NCBI GenBank assembly: GCA_951406725.2
Contig: OX597838.1
Span: 6,386,001 to 6,450,000, forward strand
Source of the DNA: Octopus vulgaris
Lineage: Eukaryota
Length of the DNA: 64,000 bases
Direction: 5' to 3'
The notes beneath the pieces were generated by a model. The model did no database searches and was not told where the DNA came from. It saw nothing but the letters and a program-made list of their open reading frames with translations. Positions 57,461 through 64,000 of the stretch are shown piece by piece (position 1 is the stretch's first letter; each line of letters begins with the position of its first letter). The position numbers and the translations under genes are program-made.

Positions 57461-57511
<51 letters not shown>

Positions 57512-57515
57512 ATGA

Positions 57516-57549
<34 letters not shown>

Positions 57550-57552
<3 letters not shown>

Positions 57553-57711
57553 CTAAGCAATAAAGGGTTTAGCAACTAATTGCCTTTAGTTGCTAAACCC
57601 TTTATTGCTTAGTATTACTTAAATTTTCCTCAAATGAGGCTTTTACATGCCGAAGACTACTTGGTGTAATTGATAATTATTCCAAATTAATTAATTTCAC
57701 CCTTCATTATT

Positions 57712-57716
<5 letters not shown>
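57550..57716 (+). mobile_element. (TA)n-flanked short element with a 30-bp perfect fold-back at its 5' end
   Basis: Arms at 57550-57579 and 57586-57615 with loop TTGCCT. The body is homologous to 39556-39686. Confidence 0.65.
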
Positions 57717-57769
<53 letters not shown>

Positions 57770-58085
57770 TCTTCAAATTCGAGGACGTACACAATCAAGA
57801 AAGATAGAATAGATAGATTGATAGATTGATAGATAGGTAAGTAGGCAGGCAGGCAGGCAGGCAGGCAGACTTGCAGGTAGTTAGATATATTGAGAGACAG
57901 ACAGACAGATATATATATATATATATATATATATAGATAGATAGATAGATAGATAGATAGAAAGATATAGAAAGATAGATAGATAGATAGATAGCTACAT
58001 ACATACATACATGCATACATACATAGACACTTAGGTAGGCAGTTCGACTGACAGATAGATAGAGAGAAAATAAATAGATAGATGG

Positions 58086-58150
<65 letters not shown>

Positions 58151-58474
58151 GAGATAAAGAGATAGAGAGGGAGAGAGGGAGAGAGAGAGAGAAATAGTGA
58201 TAGTCGTATACACAGAAATAAGATGTAGATTTTGCTGATGACATAATAATTTCTTTCTAAAATTTTGAGAGAACGTGAAATAATTCTGACACTGTCTTCT
58301 GTACAATGTCTCTTTGCTCAAATTCAGTCACATGTTATTGAGGGTCCTTTCATGCTCCGTAAAATGACATCCACCCCGGAGTCCCTGTAGTACGAATGAA
58401 CCCTGGAGAGTAAGGAACTTCATAACCGTTCAGGCACAGTACATGTTTGAGTTTATGTTTTCTGTTATGGCTTA

Positions 58475-58780
58475 CGTCTTACAGTCCTTAGACTACGGCC
58501 ACCCGGGCCATCGCCTTAGATTATTTGTCAAATGAATCTGCCCAGTACTTAATTATTTTGAGCTTGGATCTTATTCTAACGATATTTTACGTGGACATAC
58601 GTACACCAATACCATTGTGTGTGTGTATTTAGGACAGGCTTCTCTCAGTTTCCGTCTATCATTGACACCGACAGGGATTTGGTCTCCCAGAGGATATAGC
58701 AGAAAATACTCATACAAGTTGCCACGCAGTGGGCTTGAACACGGAACCATGTGGTTGACAAGCAAACTTCTTACTACACA
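58475..58780 (-). mobile_element. Diverged SINE group D
   Basis: GGCTTCTCTCAGTTTCCGTCTA...GCCACGCAGTGGG...GGAACCATGTGGTTG match the reverse complement of D. Confidence 0.7.
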
Positions 58781-59439
58781 CACATGTGCAATTCTGGTTT
58801 TTATTACAATTCATTCAAATAATCATGTACGTTAAGATATCATACAGCATATATTCCGATATGGAAGATTTTATTCGTACCATTAAACTTATTCACTGGA
58901 CTTCAGTTGTCGTATATACTTTGCGCAAGCGTAAATATATTATATTTTGATATATACTTTCGTGTATTCAGAGAATAAAACGTAACTACAGAGAGAAGAG
59001 TATCTTAATAACTATTATTATTATCATTATATCAGGATAGATGAAGAAGTCGACCTGGTTCATTTTCTACAACGGAAATGCCGTCTTTATGCCGCCAGTT
59101 CTGTTTGTCAGAGAATTACGTATTTGAGATCTTTGAGTTAACGAAATATCACCGAATGAAGAATATACGATGGTTATGCTACGATTTTAACAATAGTGAC
59201 AAGGCCGTAAAATATCTTAAGTCATGTAATAATCTTCCACGTGAAGAATGTAGATATTTACAACGGGAGATGGATTGTATACAATTTGGGATATGTTAGC
59301 GAAATAATTTGTAATATATTGCTGTAACATATAGTTTTAGATATTCACCGAATATGTATAAAGCATCCTTTCTGGATTCTGCTTTAATATAGATAGATGA
59401 ATAGATATAGAGAGTTCCTGACATTGATATAATGTTTTA

Positions 59440-59760
59440 TCTCTTGGATATTTCAGTCATTGGTCTATGGCCATGCTGGAGCACCGTCTTGAAATCTTTC
59501 GTCGAAAACTTATCCCAATACTTATCTCTTGACTCTGGTACTTATGCTTGTTTTTTTTTTCTCTTTACAGAGCACTTGATTACGCGCTCATAAACAAACC
59601 AACACCGGTCGTTTAGGGCTAATACTGACAAACACAAAGATTTACATGCACATTTTTTTTAACGTTTGTGACTTCCACACTTGCGCACATGTCCTTGATC
59701 CGATGGGACTTCACTAGAAGACACCTTCCAAGAGACAAGTGGTTGGATGGGAAACAAACG
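59440..59760 (-). mobile_element. Diverged, internally deleted SINE group D
   Basis: TTTCAGTCATTGG...GGCCATGCTGGAGCACCG (tail) and TAGAAGACAC...GTGGTTGG (head remnant). Confidence 0.6.
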
Positions 59761-59798
59761 TCATTCAACACACCGTCGTCGGCATCTGCATGCATACA

Positions 59799-59836
<38 letters not shown>

Positions 59837-59998
59837 ATGAATGTTTCATATATTCGAAAAAGGAGCACACACGGAAGGCTAGAGCAGTAATGTATACATC
59901 GCTCGTCACAATGCACTTCGCAAGGCTTTCGATTTCGAATGATTCCAACACCCTGCTGGTTAGGTGAACAGGCCAACATTTCCTCTCATCGGAAGGCT

Positions 59999-60057
<59 letters not shown>

Positions 60058-61196
60058 TTATTGCGCCACAGGAGTTAACCCTTTACCGTCGAGTAGACTG
60101 GAGTAACGTGAAATGCAGTGTGTATTTGTGTGTGTGTGTATGTGTGTGTGTGTGTGTGTTTAGTACATTGTGTTGTGTAGCCATGCTGTGTCTAACAGTT
60201 TTATGATGGCGCAAAAAATATTTTATCGTAAAAACATTGCTTTCAGAATTTATAGAAATTAATGAATGCGGGTGTTGATATAGAATATGAAAGATGTCAG
60301 TGATATGATTTTTTTTTTACCTTGAAATGGTATACACGTAAGATAAGCGATAACACTGCGTTTGCTTTATAAGCCGTAATGAATATCTTGCACAAGTTTT
60401 CTTAATGAAAATTTGTTAATGATTAATTTTCCTTCAAACAATTACAGTTAAAGTCTAAGCTGACGATCAAAATGCATTTCAAAGATAACATTTCTTTAGA
60501 TTTTGAGACAACAAACAGAAAATTTGAACCGAAATTCATAAACAGCGCCATAGTTTCAGCGACAAGAGTGAGAAATATTCGCAGTATATTAATTATTTTA
60601 ACATTTGTATAATATGTTTTTGTAAGCAATTTAGATCAATGTAAACCTAATATTCTTCCATTAGTTTTCTAGGTTAAACTAAAATTTAGTTGAATGGCAT
60701 TTAACGAAAAACAAACCGAAAACAGAGATAAAATATAAAGAATTAAAGAGAAAGAGCGAAAATAAGAATCCCCCCGTTTATTGAATTCAATAGAATTTTA
60801 TTTCGTCGTACAGAAAACAGTGACACTATAAAATTTAATATGAGAAATATGTAATTATGTTTATTTGAAAACTGAGCAGTTTCAGTAATTTCTCCTTGTG
60901 ACCTTTCAAAATGATGACAAACACTAAGTGCGTGTTAGTACATGTTGGAGGTTATACTCATGTGTGTCTGTTTATTTCGTTCTTTGTGTGTATGGATGTG
61001 TGTATGAGAGAGAGAGAGGGGGAGGGAGAGAGAAAAAGAGAGACAGTTACGCAGCAATTCGAAAAGAAAAGTAAAGAGGTGAGTGATTTTATTAGTTGAA
61101 GTTTTGTGGAAAATTCGGTTTCAGCTAACAAAACACTTCAATTCATATCATTTTGTAACCTGCTTTGTGCTTGCATGCTTGTGAAACTGAAGGTAT

Positions 61197-61504
<308 letters not shown>

Positions 61505-62104
61505 TAGATAGAGAGAGAGATAGATAGACAGGTAGATAAATAGATATATAGATATATATATATATAGATAGATAGATAAATAGATAGATAGATACATACA
61601 TACATACCTATATAGAGAGATAGATAGATAAATATAGAAATATATATATAGAGAGGGACATGTTGAAATGTCTTTCGAGACTTTTAAATGCAGAATGCCA
61701 GCTTCCCGGCTTCTGTGTTGAGATTACACATTTTCCTCGGCAGTTTATATTGGATAAGAGTAAAATTATTTTCTGAAAACACGAGGCATGGTACGGTCCA
61801 GGATTCGAAACCAGAATCTTACTTCCACGAGTCCAACACACTAACCATTACGAGCCCTCCCTGTATTCATAGACACAAGCACGTGCATATACTATCTTAC
61901 ATATTTCGTTCCAATCAATGGAGTAGGGTTGCGCTGGTTAGTACAACAACGTAAGGAAGCTAGCACCAGTTGTGAGCTACTGGCAGGGGACAAGTAGTTA
62001 GATACCCATACGCATGCGCGTGACGCACTCAGCCGGATACACTAACACACACGTATATATAAAGGGATACGCATTTGATAACCCTACCGTACCGATATCG
62101 ATAT

Positions 62105-62481
62105 GGAGGTGCAATGGCCCAATGGTTAGGGCAGCGGACTCGCGGTCAGAGGATCGCCGTTTCGATTCCCAGACCGGGCGTTGTTTGTGTTTATTGAGCG
62201 AAAACACCTAAATCTCCACCAGGCTCTGGCAGGGGGTGATGGCGACCTCTGTTGTACTCTTTCGCTCCAACTGTCTCGCACTCTTCCTTCTTGCTTCTTG
62301 TCCCCGACTCCCTACGCAACCGCTGAGCCTGGATGTGCATTCATCCATCCGTCGATGCTCTCGGTGTCGGGGGTTGACCTGCTTTCTCTTCCACGGGTCT
62401 TGCATATAGCAAAGGACAGCGTTTCGGATTTCTCCCATCTTGCGAGCTCTGGGACGAAGACCGTTCGCTCAACAGCAACAA
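62105..62481 (+). mobile_element. Full-length SINE group B, tail type B3
   Basis: A box TGGCCCAATGG and B box GTTTCGATTCC. The body aligns with 18972-19344. Confidence 0.88.
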
Positions 62482-62923
62482 GTGACCCGCTTTGCACAAT
62501 ACACCCAATCTCCAGAAACTCCGTTGAAATTACTCCATTCCGTCACATTTGTCTTACGAGTTAGGTTTGTTTGGCGAGCTTATGAAACTCTGTCTGGCAT
62601 AGAACTGAATTAAATTGATTATTAAATAATATATGTGTGTTTATGGCTGTGTGTTTATATGGGTGTGTGTGTGTGTGTATGTGTGTATTTGTATGTGTGT
62701 ATTTGTATGTGGACGCACATACAGGAGATGAGTTTTGATGTGCGTGGGTAGATGAAAATGAGATGGAGAGAGAGATGAATTTCAAACTAATTCTGTTGCA
62801 TCTCAACCGTCCGCGAAAGCAAAGTTTCTCTCGACCATTGTTATATTTGCTTCTATTCGTGTTACTTTATATATACTTAGATGCATATACACTCATACAT
62901 ACGCGTATCTACCACCTTATATG

Positions 62924-62967
<44 letters not shown>

Positions 62968-63171
62968 CACATACATATATATATATATATATATACTGGG
63001 AAATATTCATATATACATATAGTCATATTCGTGCTGAATTCATACATTCATACATTACTTGGGTAAACATATCTGTAGGTGGTCTGTGTATATACATAAA
63101 CACACGCACACGCACACACACAGCACAGAGGCACATACTCACACACATCTATATATATACGTATATATACT

Positions 63172-63244
<73 letters not shown>

Positions 63245-63374
63245 CTATATATAATGCTTCATAAACTACTCGCTTAAGCGTGGCATACATAGTCATCAAG
63301 ACAATATTTCACCCATTGATACATATATACACACAGACACATATACGTATATATATACCTATACATATACATAT

Positions 63375-63447
<73 letters not shown>

Positions 63448-63556
63448 TGCATAAATATATAGATATATATATACATATATATATGTGTGTGTGTGTACAT
63501 GTGTGGGTATAGTTGGTTGTGTGTAAGTATAGCTACCTGTTTGTATTATTATGTAT

Positions 63557-63589
<33 letters not shown>

Positions 63590-64000
63590 TTCTTTAATAC
63601 ACATGTTTGTTATCGACTCAAATCTCTTAATATATTTTTTAATGTTTGTTTCCATTTCCTTTTGATAGTAGCAATTGTTGATTAAACTCTTTCTTACCAT
63701 CCATTACACTTTAATTTTAAGAATACTATAGTTAAAAGATCAAAGTGTTGTCGGGCATCAACTCATTGAGGTGAACATTCAATTTTATATGTCTTCCGTA
63801 TCTTAAATACGTACATACTTACATACATATATATGTGTATATATGTGTGTTCATGTATGTGGGGTTTTTTTTTGCTTTTTTACAGTCGTTATTGCACGCT
63901 ATATCTATTTTGCTTTCTTTATTATCTCTGAATATCGTACAAAATATTAAAGAAATTGTGAAAATATCTCGTATAGTTCATATTTGTACGATATTAATTT

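Noticed and set aside
62105-62180. tRNA genes at the heads of group A-D repeats
   Set aside because: A and B boxes are present, but I could not fold complete cloverleafs and each continues into a shared repeat body. These are SINE heads.

Overview
This is AT-rich, microsatellite-saturated eukaryotic non-coding DNA (intergenic or intronic). The SINE repertoire and (TA)n/(CA)n/(ATT)n load suggest an octopod cephalopod, which is an inference from repeat content only. I found no credible host protein-coding gene; almost all ORF-track entries are translations of simple repeats. The window holds: (i) about 30 copies or fragments of four tRNA-headed SINE groups, which I label A-D; (ii) decayed Tc1/mariner-superfamily transposons (mariner, maT-like, a pogo/Tigger-type MITE) and a non-autonomous Helitron; (iii) 3' ends of RTE-type LINEs, one with C2H2 zinc fingers. 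The most notable signal is a set of at least four families of short (~90-290 bp) non-coding elements. Each carries a minimal type-I hammerhead ribozyme motif with a palindromic stem III and ends at a (TA)n tract. Several have fold-back inverted 5' ends, including a perfect 142-bp palindrome with two divergent hammerheads at 46900-47041. They look like (TA)n-targeting miniature Penelope-like or retrozyme-like retroelements. Family labels are mine, and all classifications were made by eye without database searches.
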